A stretch of DNA of 64,000 nt, from contig CAJWSY010000001.1 of the NCBI GenBank assembly GCA_913045935.1, positions 29,660 to 93,659 on the forward strand, in the 5' to 3' direction. The translations under genes were made by a program, and so were the position numbers. The DNA comes from an uncultured Chloroflexota bacterium. Lineage in GTDB: Bacteria; Chloroflexota; Dehalococcoidia; Lucifugimonadales; GCA-002694895. Positions 51,375-60,391 of the stretch are shown one piece after another. Within the stretch, counting starts at the first letter, position 1, and each line of letters opens with the position of its first letter. The notes under the pieces were generated by a model. It was not told the origin of the DNA and did not search any database. It was given only the letters and a program-made list of their open reading frames with translations.

Positions 51375-51446
51375 GGGCCGGTAGCTCAGAGGTAGAGCAA
51401 ATGACTCTTAATCATTAGGTCGAGGGTTCGAATCCCTCCCGGCTCA
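51375..51446 (+). tRNA. tRNA-Lys (CTT)
   Basis: Acceptor GGGCCGG/CCGGCTC-A; D-arm GCTC/GAGC; anticodon arm AATGA-CTCTTAA-TCATT; T-arm GAGGG-TTCGAAT-CCCTC; CCA not encoded. Confidence 0.96.
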
Positions 51447-51463
51447 TAATCAAAGGAGAAAAT

Positions 51464-52816
51464 ATGACTGAAAAAATAAAATTCAACATAAAATCGGTAT
51501 GTGAAATATTAGATGTGTGGATACCCTTAAAAATTCAATACTCCAATGTTCCTGGTGTAAACATATGTATTGCTCATAATGGTAAGCCTATATATTTAAA
51601 ATCGTTTGGATATCAAAATTTGGAAAAAAAGGTAGAATTAAATAAAAATAGCTTGTTTAGAATAGCATCTCATTCCAAAATGTTCACTTCAGTAGGGATA
51701 ATGCAGCTACAAGAAAAAGGGAAATTGAAAATAGATGACAAGGTAAATAAATATCTTGATTGGGTAAAAGGCGAAAATGAGGTTTCAAATAATAAAAACA
51801 TTACTATAAGACAATTAATGTCTCATCAATCTGGTATGTTTCGAGATGGGAAAACACATCATTGGTCAAATCACAGATTTCCCAATAATCTTAAAAATAC
51901 TATATCTGAAGAATCAATTATTTTTGAGAATGGATCTACTTTTAAGTATTCTAATCATGCATATGCCTTGCTAGGTGCAATTATTGAGAAAGTTTCAAAT
52001 CAAAAATACGATGATTACATGTATGAAAGTATAATTAATCCATTGGATTTATCATCAACATACCCTGATCTCCCGGATGAAATACCAGATGATTTAGTTT
52101 TTGGGTATGAACGAGTAATTCCGGGGAAATTAAATAGAGAAATTTTTGATCACTCAAAAACATATGCATATGCTTCTGCAACTGGATTTATTTCAAATTC
52201 AGCAGATATAGCTAAATTTTTATCAAGTTTATGCTTAGATTCAGAATATAGCGTAATCAACAGAGAATCAAAAAAAGAAATGATAAAATCACATGGATTT
52301 ACAGATAGAAAAAACGGGAAAATCGGATATGGATTAGGATTAGATATAGAAAACATCGACAATAATATTATAGTTGGTCATGGAGGAGGATATCCCGGAT
52401 TCATCACTAGATCACGAACTGGTATAAATGATAATTTACAAGTGATTGTACTCACTAATACAAATTCTATACTAGCATCTGAATTAAATGATTCTATATT
52501 TGACATTATATACAATACCAAATCCAATCTTTTTGAAGGATCAAATCTCAAAAAAGATTACAATGGGATTTACAGATCTAGATGGGGTGATATGGCCATT
52601 GTAAGTATAGGTTCAAAATTAGTTTCTTTTTCTGCTGAATCTACAAATCCTTTGGGTGATTGGTCTATACTTAATAAATTAAATATTAATACTTTTGTTA
52701 ATACCGACAAATTAGGTTATGGCGCACCTGGAGAAAAAATAACATTTAACAAATCTTCAGATCAGAAAATTGAAAGTGTAACCACTTCGAGTGGAATTAT
52801 GAATAAGATTAAATAA
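51464..52816 (+). CDS. Serine hydrolase, beta-lactamase/D-aminopeptidase (S12) family
   Basis: SxxK (ASHSK), YSN, HGG; no obvious signal peptide. Confidence 0.88.
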   Translation: MTEKIKFNIKSVCEILDVWIPLKIQYSNVPGVNICIAHNGKPIYLKSFGYQNLEKKVELNKNSLFRIASHSKMFTSVGIMQLQEKGKLKIDDKVNKYLDWVKGENEVSNNKNITIRQLMSHQSGMFRDGKTHHWSNHRFPNNLKNTISEESIIFENGSTFKYSNHAYALLGAIIEKVSNQKYDDYMYESIINPLDLSSTYPDLPDEIPDDLVFGYERVIPGKLNREIFDHSKTYAYASATGFISNSADIAKFLSSLCLDSEYSVINRESKKEMIKSHGFTDRKNGKIGYGLGLDIENIDNNIIVGHGGGYPGFITRSRTGINDNLQVIVLTNTNSILASELNDSIFDIIYNTKSNLFEGSNLKKDYNGIYRSRWGDMAIVSIGSKLVSFSAESTNPLGDWSILNKLNINTFVNTDKLGYGAPGEKITFNKSSDQKIESVTTSSGIMNKIK

Positions 52817-52819
52817 AAA

Positions 52820-53641
52820 ATGTATATAAATGCAACAAGCTTTGAAATAATTATCTTTTTGGGTTTAATATCGTTCTTTGTTGGCTTATTAGGAGGATTT
52901 GTAGGATTAGCTCTTGGAACAATCCGTCTTCCCATTATGTTACTTTTAGGAATAAATCCAAAGATAGCAGCCGGAACAAATATTCTAGTTTCAAGTCTTT
53001 CTTCTTTCTTGGGATCAGTACAACATTTAAAAAATAAACGTGTTGATAAAAGAGTTGTAATCGTAATGGGAATACCTGCTTGTGTTGGAGCATTTTTAGG
53101 AGGATTCCTTTCATCGCAAGCTCCTGAAAATATTCTACTTATTTTTGCAGGATTATTAGTGTGTTGGCAGGGATACGAATTCATTGAATTAGGAAGAAAA
53201 AAAAGTGGAAACACTATGAGTGATATATTCGGATCGCATTTAGAAAATTCAAATGGACAATTTACAAGAATAAGAATAACATTAGAAGCTTTATCAGGAT
53301 TAGCGATAGGAATGATTGGAGGGTCTGTTGGTTTAATTCTTGGTAGTATAAGGCTGCCAGCAATCATTTACATTCTACAAATCGATCCAAGAAAAGCTGC
53401 TGGATCAAATTTATTCATAGGTTTCTTTATTGGAATATTAGGATGGATTGGACACGCTTATTTTGACCAGGTAAATTACGAAATTCTTATTACAATGAGT
53501 TTTACAGGGATGATTGGCAGCTATGTTGGGGCATCTTACACAGGTAAAGTTTCTCTAAACAAATTTGTCTTAACTTTGGGAATCATTCTATTTATTGTTG
53601 GCATACTTTTATTTGTAAGACCGTTCATGGATAATATATAA
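52820..53641 (+). CDS. TauE/SafE (TSUP) family transporter
   Basis: Internal repeat GGFVGLALG/GGSVGLILG, AAGTN/AAGSN; multiple TM helices. Confidence 0.85.
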   Translation: MYINATSFEIIIFLGLISFFVGLLGGFVGLALGTIRLPIMLLLGINPKIAAGTNILVSSLSSFLGSVQHLKNKRVDKRVVIVMGIPACVGAFLGGFLSSQAPENILLIFAGLLVCWQGYEFIELGRKKSGNTMSDIFGSHLENSNGQFTRIRITLEALSGLAIGMIGGSVGLILGSIRLPAIIYILQIDPRKAAGSNLFIGFFIGILGWIGHAYFDQVNYEILITMSFTGMIGSYVGASYTGKVSLNKFVLTLGIILFIVGILLFVRPFMDNI

Positions 53642-54709
53642 ATGAGAAGTTGGTTAGAAATTAATTTGAATAATTTAAGCTATAACTTAGCCCAAATTGA
53701 AAAATTAACTAATAAAAAAGTAATTCCAGTCATAAAAGCAAATGCTTACGGACTAGGATCTATACAAATTGCTCAATACTTAAAAAGTAAAGACTACGAT
53801 TTATATGCAGTAGCTAATTTTCACGAAGCGCTAGAAATAAAAGAATCAGGTGTAAATATTAAAACTCTTATAATGGGCAATAATGATAAGGATGATTTGC
53901 AACAAGCGATAAAAAATAATTTTAGTATAACTATTTCTTCTTGGGATGATATAAAAAATTTGGAAACCATTACGAGTAATATTAACTCTTTGATTCATAT
54001 CAAAATAGATACAGGAATGGGTAGAATTGGATTTTTACCCTCTGAAGCAGAGAAAGCTATACAATATATTAAAACAAATAATCTGGGTGAAATTGAAGGA
54101 ATATATTCCCACCTCTCAAGCGCAGATGAAAACGAAGATGAATTTACTTTAAATCAAATAACTCAATTTTCAAAATACGAAAATAACGAAAACATAAAAT
54201 TTAGACATATACTAAATAGTCCTGGGATTTTCAAATATTATAAAAATACAAATACAAATTATGTTAGACCAGGTATAGCAATGTATGGTATTTTGCTGTT
54301 TGACAGCCCTTTAAAAAACATACTAAAACCTGTATTTAAACTAAAAACCAAAATTATATATTTAAAAAAATTGCAAAAAGAAACTTTTATATCCTATGGG
54401 AAAACTGAGTCAGGGCAAAAAGGAGATATAATTGCAACTCTGCCAATTGGTTATGCCGATGGATTAGACAGAAGATTTTCAAACGGTGGAATAGTAAAAG
54501 TGTTAGGTCAAGAATGTAAAATTATTGGAAGAGTTTGCATGGATATGACAATGATTGTTATACCTGAATCCATTAAAGATAGAGTTGAAATAGGAACAGA
54601 AGTTGATATTTATGACGAAGAAATTCAGACGGCAGCAGAAAAAATTGGAACTATCGCAGACGAATTAATGACAAGAATTAATAAAAGAGTTCAGAGGAGA
54701 CATATTTAA
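53642..54709 (+). CDS. alr: Alanine racemase
   Basis: VIKANAYGLG PLP-Lys, HIKIDTGMGRIG, IGYADG, GRVCMD. Confidence 0.93.
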   Translation: MRSWLEINLNNLSYNLAQIEKLTNKKVIPVIKANAYGLGSIQIAQYLKSKDYDLYAVANFHEALEIKESGVNIKTLIMGNNDKDDLQQAIKNNFSITISSWDDIKNLETITSNINSLIHIKIDTGMGRIGFLPSEAEKAIQYIKTNNLGEIEGIYSHLSSADENEDEFTLNQITQFSKYENNENIKFRHILNSPGIFKYYKNTNTNYVRPGIAMYGILLFDSPLKNILKPVFKLKTKIIYLKKLQKETFISYGKTESGQKGDIIATLPIGYADGLDRRFSNGGIVKVLGQECKIIGRVCMDMTMIVIPESIKDRVEIGTEVDIYDEEIQTAAEKIGTIADELMTRINKRVQRRHI

Positions 54710-54711
54710 TT

Positions 54712-55827
54712 ATGCTAGACGTTATAGTCATAGGTATGGGAGCTCATGGAAGTGCCGGATTATTTCATTTGTCAAAAAAAGGTTTTAATGTGCTGGGGTT
54801 AGAGCAATTTGACCAGATACATAATAATGGCAGCTATCACGGCTTATCAAGAATTATTAGGATGGGACTATATGAGGGAGATACCTATTTACCATTAGCA
54901 AAAAGATCTTTTGAATTATGGAGAGATTTAGAAAAAGAATACAATGAACAAATCCTTTATATGACTGGGATTATAAATATTGGAAAAAAAAACAGTGATA
55001 TATATAAAAATACATTGAATTCTGCAATTAAACATAACCTTGATTATACAGACATGAATAATCAAGAAATCATGTCAAAGTTTCCTGGATTTGAATTGTC
55101 TAAGGATTTAAATGGGGTGTTCATGAAAGAAGGGGGTTTTTTAGATCCTGAAAAATCAGTAAAAGCACATACACAGTTAGCAATTAAGAATAAAGCTATT
55201 ATTAACTATAATGAAAAAGTACTTTCATGGGAGGATAAAATTTCTCATATTGAAGTGTTAACAAATAAAGCAACATATAAAACAAAAAAATTAGTAATTG
55301 CTGGAGGTGCTTGGAATATTGATTTGTTTGGTATTCCCAATCTTCCTCTGTCTGTTATAAGACAAGTTGTAGGTTGGTTTCCCAGTAATAACAAATCGTT
55401 ATTTGATAAAAATAATTTCCCTGTTTGGATTTTAGATGATGGGAAGAATCATGGGTACGGGTTTCCTGAATATGGAAATGAAGGTTTGAAAATTGGTATA
55501 TTCAATCACTTGAATGAAAAGGTACATCCTGATAAAAACAACAAAAACATTACCCCCGAAGATATAAAATTATTATCAGATTTTACTAAAAATTTTAAAA
55601 ATACAAAAAAAGGAGAAAATTACGGAGTGTGCATGTTTACGAATACTCCTGACGATAATTTTATACTAGACAAACACCCTTCATCTGAAAATTGTATAAT
55701 TGTATCCTGCTGTTCAGGTCATGGATTTAAATATAGCTCAGCAATTGGAGAAATAATTAGTGATTTATGTAATGAAGGAAAAACTGAATACAATATCGAT
55801 TTATTTAATATTTCAAGATTTAATTAA
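54712..55827 (+). CDS. solA: N-methyl-L-tryptophan oxidase/monomeric sarcosine oxidase
   Basis: GMGAHG FAD motif, GSYHGLSRIIR, CMFTNTPD (covalent-FAD Cys position), SGHGFK. Confidence 0.88.
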   Translation: MLDVIVIGMGAHGSAGLFHLSKKGFNVLGLEQFDQIHNNGSYHGLSRIIRMGLYEGDTYLPLAKRSFELWRDLEKEYNEQILYMTGIINIGKKNSDIYKNTLNSAIKHNLDYTDMNNQEIMSKFPGFELSKDLNGVFMKEGGFLDPEKSVKAHTQLAIKNKAIINYNEKVLSWEDKISHIEVLTNKATYKTKKLVIAGGAWNIDLFGIPNLPLSVIRQVVGWFPSNNKSLFDKNNFPVWILDDGKNHGYGFPEYGNEGLKIGIFNHLNEKVHPDKNNKNITPEDIKLLSDFTKNFKNTKKGENYGVCMFTNTPDDNFILDKHPSSENCIIVSCCSGHGFKYSSAIGEIISDLCNEGKTEYNIDLFNISRFN

Positions 55828-55901
55828 TGAGTACTAGAACTAAAATAAATATATTTATAATGACAGTATTTATAACAATTTTGGTTAGAATGTTTTTATG
55901 A
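55827..55901 (+). CDS. Putative 24-aa hydrophobic small protein
   Basis: TAATG overlap with solA stop; MSTRTKINIFIMTVFITILVRMFL. Confidence 0.4.
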   Translation: MSTRTKINIFIMTVFITILVRMFL

Positions 55902-55904
55902 GTT

Positions 55905-57140
55905 TTAAGTAATAGTATTTTTGTAAAACTTCCCATTTTTCATAATTACTGACAATTTTTCTCCTTGATTCTGCAAAACTTCAAAATCTTCAAGAGGATT
56001 GCCTTCTACTACTAGAATATCAGCAAAAGCCCCTTCTTTAATAATACCAATTTGATCTTTTTGATTAACTATTTCGGCGTTAACTAATGTAGCGCTTTTT
56101 AAAATTTCTTCTTTAGGCATTATATTTTGCCTAATCAAAAATTCTTTACTTTGATACACCTGCAACTCGCCAAGTAAATCAGTTCCATAGCCAATCTTTA
56201 CTCCTGCGTCATAAGCATACTCCAAAGCTATTTTGCCTTCATCTTTAACAAATTTGTTTTTTTCCAAACTTACCTTAGGTAGTCCATATTTTTCTCCTTC
56301 TAAGTCCATTGCCTCATAAGTGATTAAATTTGGAACTAGGTATGCATTTTTTTCATTCATTAATTTAGCAGTTTTTTTATCCATTAAATTACCGTGTTCA
56401 ATAGTTCTGACACCACAATTAACGGCTCTAGTAATTGCTTCAGAAGTATATGCATGAGCAAGAACATATTTTTGCCAAGAATATGCTTCATTTACCACGG
56501 CTCGTATTTCATCTTCTGAAAATTGTAATCCAAATATAGGATCATCAGGAGAAGCAACTCCTCCAGACGCAAAAATCTTTATAGCATGTGCTCCTTTTCT
56601 TAATTCTCTTCTTGCAGCTTTTTGAACATCGGCAACACCATCAACAATCCAAGTTTCTTTTTGGGTTCCCTGGTAACAGTTACAATGATCTCCTTCGTAA
56701 GTTTTAGGTCTTCGATCTCCATGTCCTCCTGTAGGACCCAAAGCTTTTCCAACAAAAAACAATCTCGGACCTTTAATTAAATCATTCTCTATTGCTTCAT
56801 GAAATCCCCAGTCAGCTCCAGTACAATCTCTTACTGAAGTAAAGCCTCTCATCAACATTGATTCAGCTAGTTTTGCCGATCTTAAAACATTTAAACTATG
56901 AGGATAATTACTTATTGTTGACATATCCAATGCAGTCGCAGTTATATGAACATGGGCATCTATCAAACCTGGCATCAATGTTTTACCAGTACAATCTAAC
57001 TCAATAGCATTTGTTGATTTTATAGAAGATTCGCTAATTTTGGTAATTAAATTATTTTCAACTAAAACATCAATCCCTTTAATGAGATTGGAATTATCAA
57101 TATCTAATAAATTAGAATTTTTAAAAATTACAGATTTCAT
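55905..57140 (-). CDS. Amidohydrolase (Xaa-Pro dipeptidase/ochratoxinase-like subgroup)
   Basis: PGLIDAHVH, IKIFASGG, LAHA, TIEHG, GYGTD. Confidence 0.88.
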   Translation of the reverse strand: MKSVIFKNSNLLDIDNSNLIKGIDVLVENNLITKISESSIKSTNAIELDCTGKTLMPGLIDAHVHITATALDMSTISNYPHSLNVLRSAKLAESMLMRGFTSVRDCTGADWGFHEAIENDLIKGPRLFFVGKALGPTGGHGDRRPKTYEGDHCNCYQGTQKETWIVDGVADVQKAARRELRKGAHAIKIFASGGVASPDDPIFGLQFSEDEIRAVVNEAYSWQKYVLAHAYTSEAITRAVNCGVRTIEHGNLMDKKTAKLMNEKNAYLVPNLITYEAMDLEGEKYGLPKVSLEKNKFVKDEGKIALEYAYDAGVKIGYGTDLLGELQVYQSKEFLIRQNIMPKEEILKSATLVNAEIVNQKDQIGIIKEGAFADILVVEGNPLEDFEVLQNQGEKLSVIMKNGKFYKNTIT

Positions 57141-57147
57141 ATTTGTT

Positions 57148-58917
57148 TTATTTGGAAATTATAAATATCCCTAAATCAGCTTTATAATTATACTCTTCTT
57201 GAACAAATTCTCTTGTATTTGAATTCAAAAATCTACTGTTAATTATTTTAATTTTTTTCTCACTACAAAATTCTTCAAAATCAACTATAGACATATATCT
57301 CTTGTTAGGTGTATTGTACCACTCATAACCTAATACCCCTTTTGATTTAGGAGCTCTTCCTTCCTCGTAAAGCATATTTCTTAATGGATAATAAGCAAAA
57401 TTAGGAAAACTCAATATAGCTTTGTCTGCTATTCTGCACATTTCGTTTAAAATTTTTTCAACATTATCAATTGCTTGTAGTGTTAAAGATAAAATAGCAG
57501 TATCAAATTGTTTATCACCAATTATAGACAAGTCAGAATTCAGATCCAAACTCAGAACAGGAATTCCTTTTTGTGAGGCGTGTAATAACTCATCTAAGTT
57601 ATTATCTATACCAAGTAAAGATCCACCTTGGTTATAATTTTTAATATAATCCAGCAAACTTCCGTCCCCGCACCCCATATCTATTATATTTTTAGACCCA
57701 ATTACAAAATCTAAAATTAATTCATGATCAAAGCTTAATGACTTTTTATTTTGTTTGGAATTAGTATTTTCATCCTCAATAAAAATATGTTCTATAAAAT
57801 TTGAAACATATTTACCATAATAATCTATATCATCTTCTAACAAAAAAGCATCATGACCACAATTGCTAGGGACTTCAACAAAACTCACTTGTTCTTTAGC
57901 CATAAATAAAGCCTTTGTTAATTCTTGTGATAAGCTTGTGGGGAATAACCAATCACTTGAAAAGCTAATCAAAAACCATTTTAAATTTTTATTTTTTAAT
58001 TTATTTGATATTGAAATACTATTTTCACCAAGATCAAATTTATCCATTGCTTGAGAAAGTACTATATACGAATTAGGATCAAATCTTTCAACAAACTTGT
58101 CTCCCTGATACGCCAAATAAGAACCTACGGAGAATTGTTTTTCAAAATTTGTATCAACATCTTTAGGTTCATATCTATCATCGTCAAATTTGTCACTCAT
58201 AGATTGTTGAGACAAATAAGTAATATGACCTAACATTCTTGCAAGAGCCAATCCTGTATCAGGAGATTCTTCTTTGTCATAATATTGCCCACCATAAAAA
58301 TAAGGATCTCTTCGTATTGCATTTCGCCCTATAATATCAAATGCTATACTTTGGCTCGTTAATCTAGAGCCTCCTGCCAAAGACACAACACTTTGAGTTT
58401 TTTCTGGAAATTGTATCCCCCACTGAATAGCTTGATATGCACCCAAAGATCCGCCGACCACAGAAACTAATTTTTTAATACCTAAATGTTCTATTAATTT
58501 GGATTGAACTAAAACCATATCTGATATAGATATTTCTGGAAAATCTGCTCCCCAATATTTATTAGTTGCACTATTTATTTGATTAGGCCCAGTAGTTCCC
58601 ATACAACTTCCAAGAACATTAGAAGATATAACAAAAAACTTATTTGTATCAATATATTTCCCAGGTCCAACAAAAATGTCCCACCAACCCTCAATATCTG
58701 AATCGTCATGTTTTGCAACATGAGAATCTCCGCTAATCGCATGACAAACCAATAAAGCATTATTTTTTTCCTTATTTAAAATCCCGTAGGTTTCATAACT
58801 AATTTCACAATCACTCAATTCATAACCTGAACTCAAAGTTAATAATTCAGGAATTTTGTAATGTTTAATATGTTTAGAAAATTGATTTGATCTGTTTTCA
58901 TCAGAAGATTTATACAT
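57148..58917 (-). CDS. metX: Homoserine O-acyltransferase MetX fused to C-terminal MetW
   Basis: CHAISGD, GGSLG, SSDWLFP, GHDAFL; then DMGCGDG, SFPNFAY, YEWYNTPN. Confidence 0.92.
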   Translation of the reverse strand: MYKSSDENRSNQFSKHIKHYKIPELLTLSSGYELSDCEISYETYGILNKEKNNALLVCHAISGDSHVAKHDDSDIEGWWDIFVGPGKYIDTNKFFVISSNVLGSCMGTTGPNQINSATNKYWGADFPEISISDMVLVQSKLIEHLGIKKLVSVVGGSLGAYQAIQWGIQFPEKTQSVVSLAGGSRLTSQSIAFDIIGRNAIRRDPYFYGGQYYDKEESPDTGLALARMLGHITYLSQQSMSDKFDDDRYEPKDVDTNFEKQFSVGSYLAYQGDKFVERFDPNSYIVLSQAMDKFDLGENSISISNKLKNKNLKWFLISFSSDWLFPTSLSQELTKALFMAKEQVSFVEVPSNCGHDAFLLEDDIDYYGKYVSNFIEHIFIEDENTNSKQNKKSLSFDHELILDFVIGSKNIIDMGCGDGSLLDYIKNYNQGGSLLGIDNNLDELLHASQKGIPVLSLDLNSDLSIIGDKQFDTAILSLTLQAIDNVEKILNEMCRIADKAILSFPNFAYYPLRNMLYEEGRAPKSKGVLGYEWYNTPNKRYMSIVDFEEFCSEKKIKIINSRFLNSNTREFVQEEYNYKADLGIFIISK

Positions 58918-58925
58918 TTTTCATC

Positions 58926-60107
58926 CTAAATTTTATCTAAAGATTTGTCCAAATCATCTATTAAATCTTCGTGATTTTCTAAACCAACTGACAATCTAAT
59001 CATTCCATCAGAAATTCCTGCTTCCTTTCTTCCTTCCTGCCCCAAGGAATAATGAGTTGTAGTTGCAGGATGAGTAATCAAAGATTTTGTATCCCCCAAA
59101 TTATTGGAAATATCTATAATTTCTAAATTATTTAACATTTTAAAAACTTCTTTTTTACCTCCATCTAAAATCATAGTCAACAAAGTTCCTCCTTTACTCA
59201 TTTGAGATTTAATCAAGCCATATTGATCATGAGTATTTTTTGAAGGGTAAATAACTTGCTTAATTTTCTTATGCTTAAGGTAATATTCTGCCAATTTTAA
59301 TGCACTATCAGATTGATGCTCTACTCTTAATTTTAATGTCTCTAAACCTTTTAACATTATCCATGCATTAAAAGGACTTAATGAAGCACCTGTATGTCTC
59401 ATATAAGGTTTTAAATGTTTTTCATAATATTCGTTATCAGAAATTATCGCTCCACCTAACGCTCTGCCTTGACCATCGATATGTTTAGTTCCTGAATAAA
59501 CAACTATATCAACACCTAATTGAAGAGGTTTTTGTAAAATTGGAGTAGCAAAAACATTGTCAATCACAACTTTTGCTCCAACTTTTTTAGCTATTTGCGA
59601 AACAGCTGCTATATCAATAATTTCTAAAGTAGGATTAGAGGGTGTCTCAAAAAAAACAGCTTTTGTATCATCATCAATAGCCTGTTCCCATTCTTCGATA
59701 TTTTTACCTGATACAAAGGTTGTATTAATACCATATTTTGGGAAAATTTTTGTGAGTATTTGATAACAAGATCCAAATAAAGCTCTTGATGCAACTATTT
59801 TGTCACCTTGTTCCAAAAAACACATCATAGAAGAAAAAACCGCAGCCATCCCTGTAGAAGTTGCAAAACACTTTTCTCCACCTTCAATAGAAGCTAATCT
59901 ATCTTCAAATACTTTAACTGTAGGATTCCCATACCTAGAATAAATAAACCCATCATCATCTCCCTTAAACCTTGCTTCAGCTTGTTCTGGAGAATCGTAT
60001 ACATAACTACTTGTCATAAAAATAGGTTCACTAGTTTCACTAAAATTAGTTCTATTCAATCCTTCTCTAATTAATTTTGTTTCTATTTTAATATTTTTTC
60101 TTTTCAT
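58926..60107 (-). CDS. metZ: O-succinyl/acetyl-homoserine sulfhydrylase
   Basis: ETSEPIFMTSSY, YSRYGNPT, YSGTKHIDGQGRALGG, SNNLGDTKSLITHPATTTH. Confidence 0.92.
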   Translation of the reverse strand: MKRKNIKIETKLIREGLNRTNFSETSEPIFMTSSYVYDSPEQAEARFKGDDDGFIYSRYGNPTVKVFEDRLASIEGGEKCFATSTGMAAVFSSMMCFLEQGDKIVASRALFGSCYQILTKIFPKYGINTTFVSGKNIEEWEQAIDDDTKAVFFETPSNPTLEIIDIAAVSQIAKKVGAKVVIDNVFATPILQKPLQLGVDIVVYSGTKHIDGQGRALGGAIISDNEYYEKHLKPYMRHTGASLSPFNAWIMLKGLETLKLRVEHQSDSALKLAEYYLKHKKIKQVIYPSKNTHDQYGLIKSQMSKGGTLLTMILDGGKKEVFKMLNNLEIIDISNNLGDTKSLITHPATTTHYSLGQEGRKEAGISDGMIRLSVGLENHEDLIDDLDKSLDKI

Positions 60108-60118
60108 AATTTTCTCCC

Positions 60119-60149
60119 AAAAAAAAATCTCCCCTAATCAGGAGAGATT
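60119..60149 (-). terminator. Intrinsic terminator in the metZ leader
   Basis: Minus strand AAUCUCUCCU-GAUU-AGGGGAGAUU then a U-run; the G-U pair forms only on the minus strand. Confidence 0.85.
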
Positions 60150-60270
60150 CATACTCAATGTTTACCTTTAAACAGGTCACGTATGATCTGGGGCACCTTT
60201 ACATTTAGGTTGCCAGATAGGATCAAAGGCCCAGTCGCCTAGCCTATCATTCTCAACGATTGTCCGAGTA
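60150..60270 (-). ncRNA. SAM riboswitch, SAM-I clan (SAM-I/SAM-IV-like)
   Basis: Minus strand GAG..AUAGG-CUAGGCGACUGGGCCUUUGAU-CCUAU-CUGGCAACC-UAAAUGUAAA-GGUGCCCCAG; GCAACC/GGUGC core; upstream of terminator and metZ-metX. Confidence 0.82.
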
Positions 60271-60391
60271 ATTTATCATAATTAAATAATTATTTCTACA
60301 ATATTTTTTATTCATGGTCTTGTTTGAATTAAAATTTTATAAAATAATGTTACATATATTTAATTAATAAAAATAGCAAAAGGGGGAAATT

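Noticed and set aside
51464-52816. Antibiotic-resistance beta-lactamase
   Set aside because: No signal peptide and HGG instead of KTG; fits peptidase/esterase members of the family.
52762-53367. 201-aa antisense ORF and the other short ORF-track entries nested in larger genes (e.g. 22063-22560, 33263-33607, 41595-41912)
   Set aside because: They lie opposite or within well-supported genes and have no recognisable motifs; shadow ORFs.
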